Shown here piece by piece: positions 1-8,413 of a DNA stretch of 47,731 bases. The stretch is taken from positions 1 to 47,731 of the forward strand of contig CAYTSL010000001.1 in the NCBI GenBank assembly GCA_964440415.1, written 5' to 3'. This DNA is from an uncultured Flavobacteriaceae bacterium. GTDB taxonomy: Bacteria; Bacteroidota; Bacteroidia; Flavobacteriales; Flavobacteriaceae. A program made the position numbers and the translations under genes. Each line of letters begins with the position of its first letter. Within the stretch, counting starts at the first letter, position 1. The notes beneath the pieces are model-generated. The model was not told the DNA's origin. It ran no database searches and saw only the letters and a list, made by a program, of their open reading frames with translations.

Positions 1-700
1 CACCATTTTGGATTCCGTCTGTACAACTAGGCGGACAAGGATCACAATCTGGACCACCACAATCTACACCAGTTTCATCACCATTTTGAATACCATCTGT
101 ACAAGTTGGAGGAACAGCTACTGCTGTTTTAACTGAAATATTATCATAAAACATGTTACATGTAGAACCAGAGATAGCAGCTGTTGTAGCAGTTAACTGC
201 AGTGTTACACCTCCACCTACATCTGAACCTGTAGTAGTTGTAAAAGAAAAACTTTTCCACGTGTCAGGGTCAGCATCTAAGGCTAAAGGACCGCCTCCCA
301 ATATTTCGTTTGTTGCACCTCCGCCACTAAATTCAGAAAAAAACTCTGCAAAGGCTACAGCACCAGCGCCTAAAGTACCGCGTGCATCAAATTTTATTGT
401 AACTTCTTGACCCGCGGTTACAACTCCTATACCTATATTGGCATTTTTTATTATGCTGGCAGATGCTACCACATTGTTATTTAATTCAGCGCAATACGTT
501 CCCTCTGAAGGATTAGTAGTAATTATATTTTGCGTACCACTAGCAAATTGTGTCCAACCTGTAAAATCACCTGTTTCAAATCCTCCATTTATTGCTATTT
601 CTGTTTGACTATTGATAACTCCAACATTAAGCAATAAAGCAAAGCAAAAAATAAATATACTTTGATAATTAGCACTAAAAGAATGTAATTTTTTTTTCAT
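1..700 (-). CDS. Secreted carbohydrate-binding protein, N-terminal 233 codons. The 3' end lies beyond the left window edge. Signal peptide, CBM4/9-like jelly-roll module, then Cys-rich repeats.
   Basis: I translated the complement from the ATG at 700-698: MKKKLHSFSANYQSIFIFCFALLLNVGVINSQTEIAINGGFETGDFTGWTQFASGTQNIITTNPSEGTYCAEL... I checked it codon by codon and it stays open to position 2. The GGFETGDFTGW opening and ~150-aa length resemble CBM4/9/22-type modules. The tail shows the repeats PPTCTDGIQNGDETGVDCGGPDCDPCPPSCTDGIQNG. It is absent from the ORF track because it has no in-window stop; the listed 153..410 (+) ORF is its antisense shadow. Confidence 0.75.
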   Translation of the reverse strand, partial: MKKKLHSFSANYQSIFIFCFALLLNVGVINSQTEIAINGGFETGDFTGWTQFASGTQNIITTNPSEGTYCAELNNNVVASASIIKNANIGIGVVTAGQEVTIKFDARGTLGAGAVAFAEFFSEFSGGGATNEILGGGPLALDADPDTWKSFSFTTTTGSDVGGGVTLQLTATTAAISGSTCNMFYDNISVKTAVAVPPTCTDGIQNGDETGVDCGGPDCDPCPPSCTDGIQNG

Positions 701-767
701 AATTTAAAGTTTTAAGATTAATTTTTCACAATATCGTAAATATTTATCAAATTAATGTTAAAATTAA

Positions 768-787
768 CCTATACAAAAACCATACAA
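768..787 (-). promoter_or_regulatory. Candidate operator CCTATACAAAAACCATACAA (two ATACA cores 11 bp apart) in the leader of the gene starting at 700
   Basis: It lies 68-87 nt upstream of the ATG at 700. The 19 nt at 768-786 are identical to 18293-18311 in another operon leader. Confidence 0.5.
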
Positions 788-933
788 TCAAGTATAAAAA
801 TCCTTATTTCTAATTTTATTTTGTGTAAAAATGGATATTTCTTACAAATAGAGCTTTACCGTCAAAATCTTTGTCGCCAATAAAGTTTTTGACTAGTGTG
901 ATTAAATAATGTCCTGTTAACTATAGAAGTAAT

Positions 934-2196
934 TTATTTCTCATCAAAGTTTAGAGCTTTAATGTAACCAGGGTTTTGAAAATTATTCTTGTAGTTGCTA
1001 TTCTCAATAAATTCATTTAGTGCCTTTTGCACTTTTATAATATCAGGTCTGTTCTCTCTCATCATTTTGTAACTGGATCTGTCACTTTTAGCATAAGTGG
1101 AGATAAGATGATAGTCTTCAGGTTCTTTAAAATTCATGATTCCCCTTGTGTTATTCATTTTTTTATAAGGCCAAAAACACCAGCCTATTTGATGTTCGTC
1201 TAACAATGATCTAAAGTCATTAACCCACTCATCTGTATTTTCTCCTGTTTCTCCAATATAGATAGGTACATTATTTTCATCCCTAAAATCAAGATATTTT
1301 TGAATAGATCCCTGATTAACCTCAAACCAGTATTTATGAAACTCGTACACAATATTGTTATCGATTATTTCATTAAATACATCAAAATTCCCACTCCAAA
1401 CAGATCCGTTAAGAAATATGATATGATCAGCATCCACAACCCTTATTTCTTTAACAATCCTCTTATATAGTTTTGATAATTTTTGATTTAGATCATCCAG
1501 TTCATTTTCAAAATAATGAGCAACTGGTTCGTTTACAATATCATATCCTAAAACAATGGGCTCGTCTTTATATCTTTTAGCAATTTTCACCCAAATATTA
1601 GTCATAAGATCTTGGGAGGATTGACTTTTAAAAAGAAAAGGATAGCCATAACTATCATCAATATTATCACCAGTTTGTCCACCTGGAGCACAATGCATAT
1701 CGAAAAGGATATACAATTCCTCTTGCTTACACCATTCCACTATTTTATCAAAGTATTTGAATCCTACATTTCTATTTCCCATGTAGAGATCATCTGTGAA
1801 TAATTTGTAATGAAAAGGTAATCGGATGTGATTGCATCCAATATTTTTTAAATATTTGATATCCTCGTGAGTAATGTAATTATTTAAAAATCCGTCCCAA
1901 AATACTTTCAAACTATCAGGTCCCACAAGTTCATATAATAACTCATCTATTTTTCTGGGAGAATTGACCTGTGACATTTTAAACATGTAGCCTTCCGGAA
2001 CCAGCCAGTTACCTATATTGGTTCCTTTTAAGGTTATTGAATTTCCTTGGCCGTCAAATAATTGTTTACCACTTGTCTTGATAAATCCAGTAGAATTTAG
2101 ATCTTCAACAGTGGCGTTTTTAGTAGATCTTTCGCAAGAAACTATTAGTAAACAAATAACTATCAATTTAATTGAAATAAGTTTAATGAGTTTCAT
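934..2196 (-). CDS. GH5-family (clan GH-A) glycoside hydrolase lipoprotein
   Basis: 420-aa ORF with a lipoprotein signal (LLIVSC). Clan GH-A landmarks are IRLPF, VNEP (acid/base NEP) and IGETGE (nucleophile), in an overall cellulase-family pattern. Subfamily and substrate cannot be determined without an HMM search. Confidence 0.8.
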   Translation of the reverse strand: MKLIKLISIKLIVICLLIVSCERSTKNATVEDLNSTGFIKTSGKQLFDGQGNSITLKGTNIGNWLVPEGYMFKMSQVNSPRKIDELLYELVGPDSLKVFWDGFLNNYITHEDIKYLKNIGCNHIRLPFHYKLFTDDLYMGNRNVGFKYFDKIVEWCKQEELYILFDMHCAPGGQTGDNIDDSYGYPFLFKSQSSQDLMTNIWVKIAKRYKDEPIVLGYDIVNEPVAHYFENELDDLNQKLSKLYKRIVKEIRVVDADHIIFLNGSVWSGNFDVFNEIIDNNIVYEFHKYWFEVNQGSIQKYLDFRDENNVPIYIGETGENTDEWVNDFRSLLDEHQIGWCFWPYKKMNNTRGIMNFKEPEDYHLISTYAKSDRSSYKMMRENRPDIIKVQKALNEFIENSNYKNNFQNPGYIKALNFDEK

Positions 2197-2233
2197 TTCG
2201 TGAATTCGAATATCTACTTTTTGTGTGAAGGGT

Positions 2234-3763
2234 TTATAAATTATTAATTGCAGTATTAAGCCAATTCATCCTCTCATTGTACCAATTTTTTAAATGGTCT
2301 ACTTCTTCTTCATAGGTATTATATACCACTGGGTTAGGCCAAACGTAAGTACCAATGGTATTCCATTTGTCATTGTTTTCTTCTTGGGCTAAACTTAAGT
2401 AATCAGCATAAAAATCCATTTTATCTAAAATATAATCCTGATTATTTCTGAAATAAGTAAATCGAGATTTGACTTGATCTACAAAATCAGGGTCTTCAAA
2501 AAGTCTACTATACCACGGATTATCCTTAACCCAAAACCCTTCAGGATATTCAGCATCAGCATAATCCACATTGCCAAAAGACAGATCGAAATCCCATAGT
2601 GGTCCCATTTTTATTTTTTGGCCTGGAATAACATTTAAATAGATACTTGAATAATTTCGGGAATCTACATTTTTTGTGATTTCACTAATTATATACCAGT
2701 CTATAAAACTTGGAATGTCAATATAACTGGTATAACCTGTTGCAGGGTTGGTAAATTGATCACTCATTAAAACGGTTTCAAATTCATTGATCAAATCCTT
2801 TATATATATGTACTCGCTGCTGGCAACTGTCAAATCCGGTTCTTTAATGTTGATCAAGAAATTACCAGTATAAAAGGTGACATCATCTGGGTCTATATGT
2901 GTAATATCATCTATCTCTAACAAATACCCTGTATCGCCTAAAACAACCCTGTAATCACTTTCTTCAACTTTTTGAGTAATATTATAGGTGCCATTGTATT
3001 CATTATTCACAAATACTTCAGAGAAATGACTTTCTGGTGTCCAGTCCAAATTACTTATATAGCCCATTTCAAATGCTATTTTATTTCGCATCATGGTCTT
3101 ATCTGAGTATTCTGCCAGAAAGATCCACTTTTTATCTTCCGGCATTCCCAAGACTTCAGTTTTATCACTGTACTTTAATTGATATGGTTTTTTTGGATGA
3201 ATGCCCCATGTGGAGTGACCTCTACCTCGAATTTTCATATCAGAAACTGTGTTATCGTCATAATCCAACCCACCAAAAATAGATGCATTTCCTTCTATAT
3301 AATCGTCCTTTGAATCAATAGGGTTTCCATTTGTGTCGATGTAGAAAATTGGTAGACCAGTAAAATACGTTGACCTGACATCATAATCCTTTTGTTCTCC
3401 TTCACTATCCAGAACTGAATAAGTGACAACATTACTAAAGTCATTAAAAGTTGTTCCGCTGGTCTGACTAAAACCATCTACAAAAACTTCAGTTCCGTTA
3501 TATTCAAAAGTTGCAGAAAGGCTAGTTATATCTCCTTCATAAGGGACTCTACCTGAAATAGTGTTGTTATCTATTGATAAGTTAATATTCGAATTCAAGC
3601 TTGGATTATCGCTTGCCAAAAAGGAAAAACTTGTAATTTCAGCTTGTTCTAAAACGATACTTGTTGGTTCGTTTTCGTTATTGCAGGAAAACAACAGTAC
3701 AGCAATGATAAAATAAGTAGAGTGAAACAATCTACTTATCCCTCTTGAATTAATAGCAATCAT
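2234..3763 (-). CDS. CotH-family protein with lipoprotein signal and N-terminal Ig-like beta-sandwich
   Basis: 509-aa ORF with a lipoprotein signal (LLFSC). Residues ~35-125 look like an Ig/cadherin-like sandwich (ITSFSF...VVTYSV). The rest carries CotH landmarks as I recall them: KIRGRGHSTW..KKPYQLKY, WIFLAEYSDKTMMRNKIAFE, VFVNNEYNGTYNI, GPLWDFDLSFGN. Confidence 0.7.
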   Translation of the reverse strand: MIAINSRGISRLFHSTYFIIAVLLFSCNNENEPTSIVLEQAEITSFSFLASDNPSLNSNINLSIDNNTISGRVPYEGDITSLSATFEYNGTEVFVDGFSQTSGTTFNDFSNVVTYSVLDSEGEQKDYDVRSTYFTGLPIFYIDTNGNPIDSKDDYIEGNASIFGGLDYDDNTVSDMKIRGRGHSTWGIHPKKPYQLKYSDKTEVLGMPEDKKWIFLAEYSDKTMMRNKIAFEMGYISNLDWTPESHFSEVFVNNEYNGTYNITQKVEESDYRVVLGDTGYLLEIDDITHIDPDDVTFYTGNFLINIKEPDLTVASSEYIYIKDLINEFETVLMSDQFTNPATGYTSYIDIPSFIDWYIISEITKNVDSRNYSSIYLNVIPGQKIKMGPLWDFDLSFGNVDYADAEYPEGFWVKDNPWYSRLFEDPDFVDQVKSRFTYFRNNQDYILDKMDFYADYLSLAQEENNDKWNTIGTYVWPNPVVYNTYEEEVDHLKNWYNERMNWLNTAINNL

Positions 3764-3775
3764 GATTATGGGTTT

Positions 3776-4714
3776 TTAGACTTCTTTGTTACTGAATAGT
3801 TTACTCATCACCAGTTTCGGTGTTCGGTCTACTTTAAAAAGACCCCAATGTTTTTCAGGTTCAAGAGCTTCTTCAGATCCTTTCCAAGATTCATCAAAAG
3901 CCTCGAATACAAAGGTAAGAATATCATCCTCTTCGCACCAATTAATCAGATCATTATAATAAGTACTTTGATATTCTTCACTAACATTACTTGGGCAAAT
4001 ACCTCTTCCGTTAGAATAAGTTGTCCAACCAGCTTCAGTTATTACTACTGGTTTATTAGGATAGGTATCAGCTACAGAAAAATAATTTTGTTTGGTATAT
4101 TCCATGGCCTCATGAATGTTCTTATACTCCCAAACTGGATAGGTATGAATAGATATAAAATCGACTTCATCGACCAGATCTTTTAATTTATCTAGCCAGG
4201 GAAGATAATTTTCACAAAATGTAACCGGTTGTTTAGCTCCTTTTTTAATCATCCTCACATAATTAATAACACTTTCAACGGGTACATAATGATCGGTCCA
4301 ATCAACACAAGCTTCATTTCCTGCGGAAAGGGAGAAAATAATTTCAGGATATTGGTTTGCAAAACGAATCAGTTTCTTAATCTGATTGACATTTACTATC
4401 TTGTTTTTTGCCAGTTGTTCTTCGGTATATGATCCTCCCCAAGGGCAACCATAATTGTTAGCTTCCGCAACAATATAAGCCCCAAGCATGACTTTAAAAT
4501 CAAGCTTTTCTTTTTGGATAACGTCCAATACAATTTCGGCGTGTTCATCACAATCGTACAATCGTAAATATTTCCAATGCTTATGAAGTATTAAAAGGTC
4601 TTCTTTAATCTCTTCATAAGTCGGAACCTTTCCTCCAGGCATTTGACCTTCTCTAAAACCTGAATAACAAATAGCTTTTCCAGGTTCAATTTTTAATTCT
4701 TCAGTATATTTCAT
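3776..4714 (-). CDS. GH17-family beta-1,3-glucanase/glucanosyltransferase, no signal peptide
   Basis: 312 aa. GH17 landmarks: LRLYD, SAGNEACV (acid/base), VVITEAGWTT (nucleophile), FVFEAFDESWKG, EKHWGLF. The N-terminus MKYTEELKIEPGK has no hydrophobic leader. Confidence 0.8.
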   Translation of the reverse strand: MKYTEELKIEPGKAICYSGFREGQMPGGKVPTYEEIKEDLLILHKHWKYLRLYDCDEHAEIVLDVIQKEKLDFKVMLGAYIVAEANNYGCPWGGSYTEEQLAKNKIVNVNQIKKLIRFANQYPEIIFSLSAGNEACVDWTDHYVPVESVINYVRMIKKGAKQPVTFCENYLPWLDKLKDLVDEVDFISIHTYPVWEYKNIHEAMEYTKQNYFSVADTYPNKPVVITEAGWTTYSNGRGICPSNVSEEYQSTYYNDLINWCEEDDILTFVFEAFDESWKGSEEALEPEKHWGLFKVDRTPKLVMSKLFSNKEV

Positions 4715-4743
4715 TCAACTAAGGTTAAGTTCCAGTTTATTTT

Positions 4744-5628
4744 TTAATACTTAAGTTTTTCATTTTTATCCCAAAGTCCCCAGTAAGCCCCAACATCTCC
4801 TTCGGCACCAACCTTCCAGGACTCATCAAAGGAGGAGAAATAGAACATTTCTATATCTTCTTCTTCAGACCACTTTTGTGCATTAATAAAATATTTGATT
4901 GCATTTTCTTCTGATGGTTGTGCCCCATGAAACAGTTCACCCAGACTTGGCCATCCTGTTTCAGTGATTATTACTTTTTTACCATTGCCCGCTTTAGCAG
5001 CTTGGTTATACATGTCTTTCATATATAAGAGCGAATACTCCATACTACAACCTTCCCAGTACGGATAACAGTTTGCAAGAATGACATCACAAGCTTCTGT
5101 TATTCTCGGTCTATGCGCGAACTCATAATAGGCATCTACATAACCCATAGGGATATCTGGCACCTCTTTCTTTACCCGATTCATAAAACCTAAAAGCTCG
5201 TCTTCTGTTAGATCATTGCGGTACATAACTTCGTTACCCACAGCAGCAACATCAACCAATCCTTCTTTGGCTAAAGCAATTAAACCACTTATTTCTTTCT
5301 CATTCATGTCAGGATCGTCTCCTAACCAGGCTCCAACCAAAGTCTTAATTCCATATTCCTTGGCAATTCGTGGAATTAGTTCATTCCCGTCTAAACAAGA
5401 AAAAGAACGTATCCATTTGGTATATGGTTTGACGATTTTCATTCGGCGTCTGATCTGTTCTTCGGTAATTTCAGTTCCCGGTCCTTGTCCATCTTCATAA
5501 GTACTAAAACATAAACCGTGCATGCCGTTTTTTAATACTCTAGTAAAAAGATTTTGTATTCCTTTTGGTGTTTTATTAGCATAATCTATTCCTACTAATG
5601 CTTTAACTTTTCCTGCTCTAATTGACAT
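4744..5628 (-). CDS. GH17-family enzyme, no signal peptide (tandem paralog A)
   Basis: 294 aa. Landmarks: AVGNEVMYRND, VIITETGWPS, FYFSSFDESWK, YWGLWDKNEKLKY. By eye it is about three-quarters identical to 5856..6767. Confidence 0.85.
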   Translation of the reverse strand: MSIRAGKVKALVGIDYANKTPKGIQNLFTRVLKNGMHGLCFSTYEDGQGPGTEITEEQIRRRMKIVKPYTKWIRSFSCLDGNELIPRIAKEYGIKTLVGAWLGDDPDMNEKEISGLIALAKEGLVDVAAVGNEVMYRNDLTEDELLGFMNRVKKEVPDIPMGYVDAYYEFAHRPRITEACDVILANCYPYWEGCSMEYSLLYMKDMYNQAAKAGNGKKVIITETGWPSLGELFHGAQPSEENAIKYFINAQKWSEEEDIEMFYFSSFDESWKVGAEGDVGAYWGLWDKNEKLKY

Positions 5629-5739
5629 AATTCTGTTATTCTATTTGATTCTTTTTATTACAATTCACCTCTTTGTTTAGCTTACTTCCACCGCATCCAA
5701 ACAACTAATGTTGATGTTAGCCTGAATAATGATAATGAT

Positions 5740-5758
5740 CATTTGCAAGCGGCAAATG
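5740..5758 (-). other. 7-bp stem hairpin (CATTTGC-N5-GCAAATG) in the 227-bp spacer between the tandem GH17 paralogs
   Basis: The inverted repeat is read directly from the sequence. On the minus strand it is followed by an only moderately U-rich tail, so it is at best a weak terminator or processing site. Confidence 0.3.
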
Positions 5759-5855
5759 TAAGTGTGATATATTACCTCAAAAACATCTGTTTTAATAAAA
5801 ATCTATTCAATATTAACCTTCAAATGACTAAGGCAAATATTAGTTCTAATTTTAT

Positions 5856-6767
5856 TTAAAATTTTAATTTTTCATTTTTATCCCATAATCCCCAGTATGC
5901 TCCAACATCACCTTCTGGACCTGCTTTCCATGATTCATCAAACGAAGAGAAATAAAAAATCTCTATATCATTTTTCGCAGACCATACCTGGCTATTGATG
6001 AAATATTTCATGGCATTTTCTTCGGAAGCAAGAGCGCTACCTAAACCACCACCTTCACTCGGCCAACCCGTTTCGGTAATAATAACTTTCTTACCGTTTC
6101 CAGCCGCTGCAGCCTGAGCAAACATTTGTTTCATATGGAGCAATGAATATTCCATGTGGCAACCTTCCCAATACGGATAACAGTTGGCCAAAATTACATC
6201 ACAAGCCTCGGTAATTTCCGGATGAACACTGAACTCATAATAGGCATCAACATATCCTACTGGTATATCGTCTGGTATTGCTCCTTTTACTTGGTTAATG
6301 AAGCCTAACAATTCCTCTTTACTCAGATCATTACGATACAACACTTCATTTCCAACTGCGGCAATATCTACATAGCCCTCATTTGCCAGCTTAATAAGAC
6401 CTGCTATTTCACGTTCATTGATTTCCTGGTCGTATCCCAACCAAGCTCCAACCAATGTCTTTATACCAAATTCTTTTGCAATTTTTGGAATAAATTCATT
6501 ACCATCTGTACATGAAAAGGAACGTATCCATTTTGTGTATGGTTGAATAATTTTCATTCGTCTTCTCACTTGTTCTTCCGTAATGATATCACCTGGTTGC
6601 TGTCCATCTTCATAAAGACTAAAACATAGACCATGCATACCACTTTTTAATGTTTTTCTCCATAATTTGGCTAATTCTTTTAAGGAATATTTGGTAAAAT
6701 CTACTCCAGAATGTTCACTTAAGTCAATTCCTTTTAGCGAAAATTGATGTCCTTCTCTGTATGACAT
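5856..6767 (-). CDS. GH17-family enzyme, no signal peptide (tandem paralog B)
   Basis: 303 aa. Landmarks: AVGNEVLYRND, VIITETGWPS, FYFSSFDESWK, YWGLWDKNEKLKF. The N-terminus MSYREGHQFSLKG lacks a leader. Confidence 0.85.
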   Translation of the reverse strand: MSYREGHQFSLKGIDLSEHSGVDFTKYSLKELAKLWRKTLKSGMHGLCFSLYEDGQQPGDIITEEQVRRRMKIIQPYTKWIRSFSCTDGNEFIPKIAKEFGIKTLVGAWLGYDQEINEREIAGLIKLANEGYVDIAAVGNEVLYRNDLSKEELLGFINQVKGAIPDDIPVGYVDAYYEFSVHPEITEACDVILANCYPYWEGCHMEYSLLHMKQMFAQAAAAGNGKKVIITETGWPSEGGGLGSALASEENAMKYFINSQVWSAKNDIEIFYFSSFDESWKAGPEGDVGAYWGLWDKNEKLKF

Positions 6768-6814
6768 TGTGTTTTTTTTTAAATTATAAATTTGTTATTT
6801 GTAAATCTTTACCT

Positions 6815-8377
6815 TTATAGATCACCTCGTCTCTCAACCAATTCTGCTTTTATTTTGCGAGCTTTTTCCTCATTAAGGCCATATTTATACATCACCCAAA
6901 TAGCTAATCCTGCCGTTAGGGCCGGAATTACAACGTCGGCGATTCTTAAATTTGTCATCGTTTCCATAGATTGTGTTTCTGCATCAGAAATAAATCCTAC
7001 AACTTTCAATACTAAACCACCTAAAACTAAAGCTAAAGCTTGTCCTAATTTTACCATCCACCAGTAAATAGCTCCAAAAGTACCTTCTTTTCGTGGCATC
7101 CCGTTTTCTAATTCATCCAGATCACAAACATCTGCTGTCATACTCATCATTAGAGTAAATAATCCTCCAAGACCAAAAGCCATTAATGGCAATGGAAGGA
7201 AAATTAGCCAAGGTGCTCCTTGACTGGTATCAATACTAAACCATGACATACCCACACTTTCAAGATATGGGTTTAAAAATTCAAATATAGAACCAACTCC
7301 ATTATTAAGTGATTGCCCAAATGCAGTTTGATTGAAACGTTCATTTAATCCGGTATCAAATCCCCACCATTTTAATATATAACCTGCAATAGAAAGTACT
7401 GTAGAAATAATAAATGCTTTTCGCTTACCCCATTTATTTGCCATCGCAGAAATAATCGGAATTACTACAAATGCGGTCAAAACAGCAGTAATGGTAGAAA
7501 ACCAAGCAGGCCATGTGCCAGCATCGCCATAACTGCCATTAAACATGTAAAATACTATAATATAAAAACTAAATGCGGCCACCATTTGAAAGCCATTAAA
7601 AACTAAAAATGTAGCACCACAAAGTTTCATAAATGGCTTGTTTTTAGTAACCTGAACAATACCAGTCCACAGGTCTTTTAAGTTAGAAGCCAATGAACTA
7701 AAGGAAATTTCTTTTCTATTTTCCATATGTGAGGAATCCATACCTCTACAAAAAATGGCTGGTAATACGCCTAATACTATACAGAAAGCAGCTACTATAG
7801 TAGACATTTGCCTAACTCCTTCTGCTTGATCAGAAAACAAATCTGGATCTGCAATAATCACCCAAAACCAAGGTACGATCATCCAAGCAACTTGCCCCAC
7901 AGTATTGGCGAATGCCATTAATCTGGTACGTTCATTATAATCTGAAGTCATTTCATAGCCAAGTCCAACCAATGGAGTTGCATACATGGTATTACCAATA
8001 AGGAAGATCAATGATAAAATGAGAAAATACCAAAAGTTATAGGTTTGCCCATTTTCAGCATCTAATTGCCATAAGGCAGCAAATAATAATCCGCTTAAAA
8101 TGGCACCAATAAAGATATAAGGTCTTCTGCGTCCCCATTTTGATTTTGTGTTGTCAGAAATGAAACCCATTATAGGATCAGTAATCGCATCAAAAATTCT
8201 TGGAAGCCCTCCAAGCAATCCTGCTAAAAGAGGATCCATTCCAAATGCCGTAAGCAAAAAGAACATGAAAAACCCTAAGGCTCCAGGTAATAAATTAAGT
8301 ACGAAGTGGCCTGCACCAAAAGCCGCTTTTTGACCAATAGGTACTTTATCTTTTGCGGCCGTTTTGTATTGTGACAT
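6815..8377 (-). CDS. MFS transporter of the glycoside-pentoside-hexuronide (GPH):cation symporter type
   Basis: 520 aa and highly hydrophobic, with about 12 TM segments. It has the GPH signature D-x6-GRRRP (SDNTKSKWGRRRPYIF). Confidence 0.85.
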   Translation of the reverse strand: MSQYKTAAKDKVPIGQKAAFGAGHFVLNLLPGALGFFMFFLLTAFGMDPLLAGLLGGLPRIFDAITDPIMGFISDNTKSKWGRRRPYIFIGAILSGLLFAALWQLDAENGQTYNFWYFLILSLIFLIGNTMYATPLVGLGYEMTSDYNERTRLMAFANTVGQVAWMIVPWFWVIIADPDLFSDQAEGVRQMSTIVAAFCIVLGVLPAIFCRGMDSSHMENRKEISFSSLASNLKDLWTGIVQVTKNKPFMKLCGATFLVFNGFQMVAAFSFYIIVFYMFNGSYGDAGTWPAWFSTITAVLTAFVVIPIISAMANKWGKRKAFIISTVLSIAGYILKWWGFDTGLNERFNQTAFGQSLNNGVGSIFEFLNPYLESVGMSWFSIDTSQGAPWLIFLPLPLMAFGLGGLFTLMMSMTADVCDLDELENGMPRKEGTFGAIYWWMVKLGQALALVLGGLVLKVVGFISDAETQSMETMTNLRIADVVIPALTAGLAIWVMYKYGLNEEKARKIKAELVERRGDL

Positions 8378-8413
8378 ATTATTGTTTTTAGTTAATTAGT
8401 TGTTTTCTTTTGA

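Noticed and set aside
153-410. 85-aa plus-strand ORF in the supplied track
   Set aside because: It lies entirely antisense to the well-supported minus-strand CBM gene (1-700). It has a Pro/Val/Ser-rich low-complexity translation and no start context.
861-893. GTCAAAA-N19-TTTTGAC inverted repeat downstream of the GH5 stop, considered as a terminator
   Set aside because: The stem is 7 bp and AT-rich, the loop is 19 nt, and there is no convincing U-tract. This is too weak to call.
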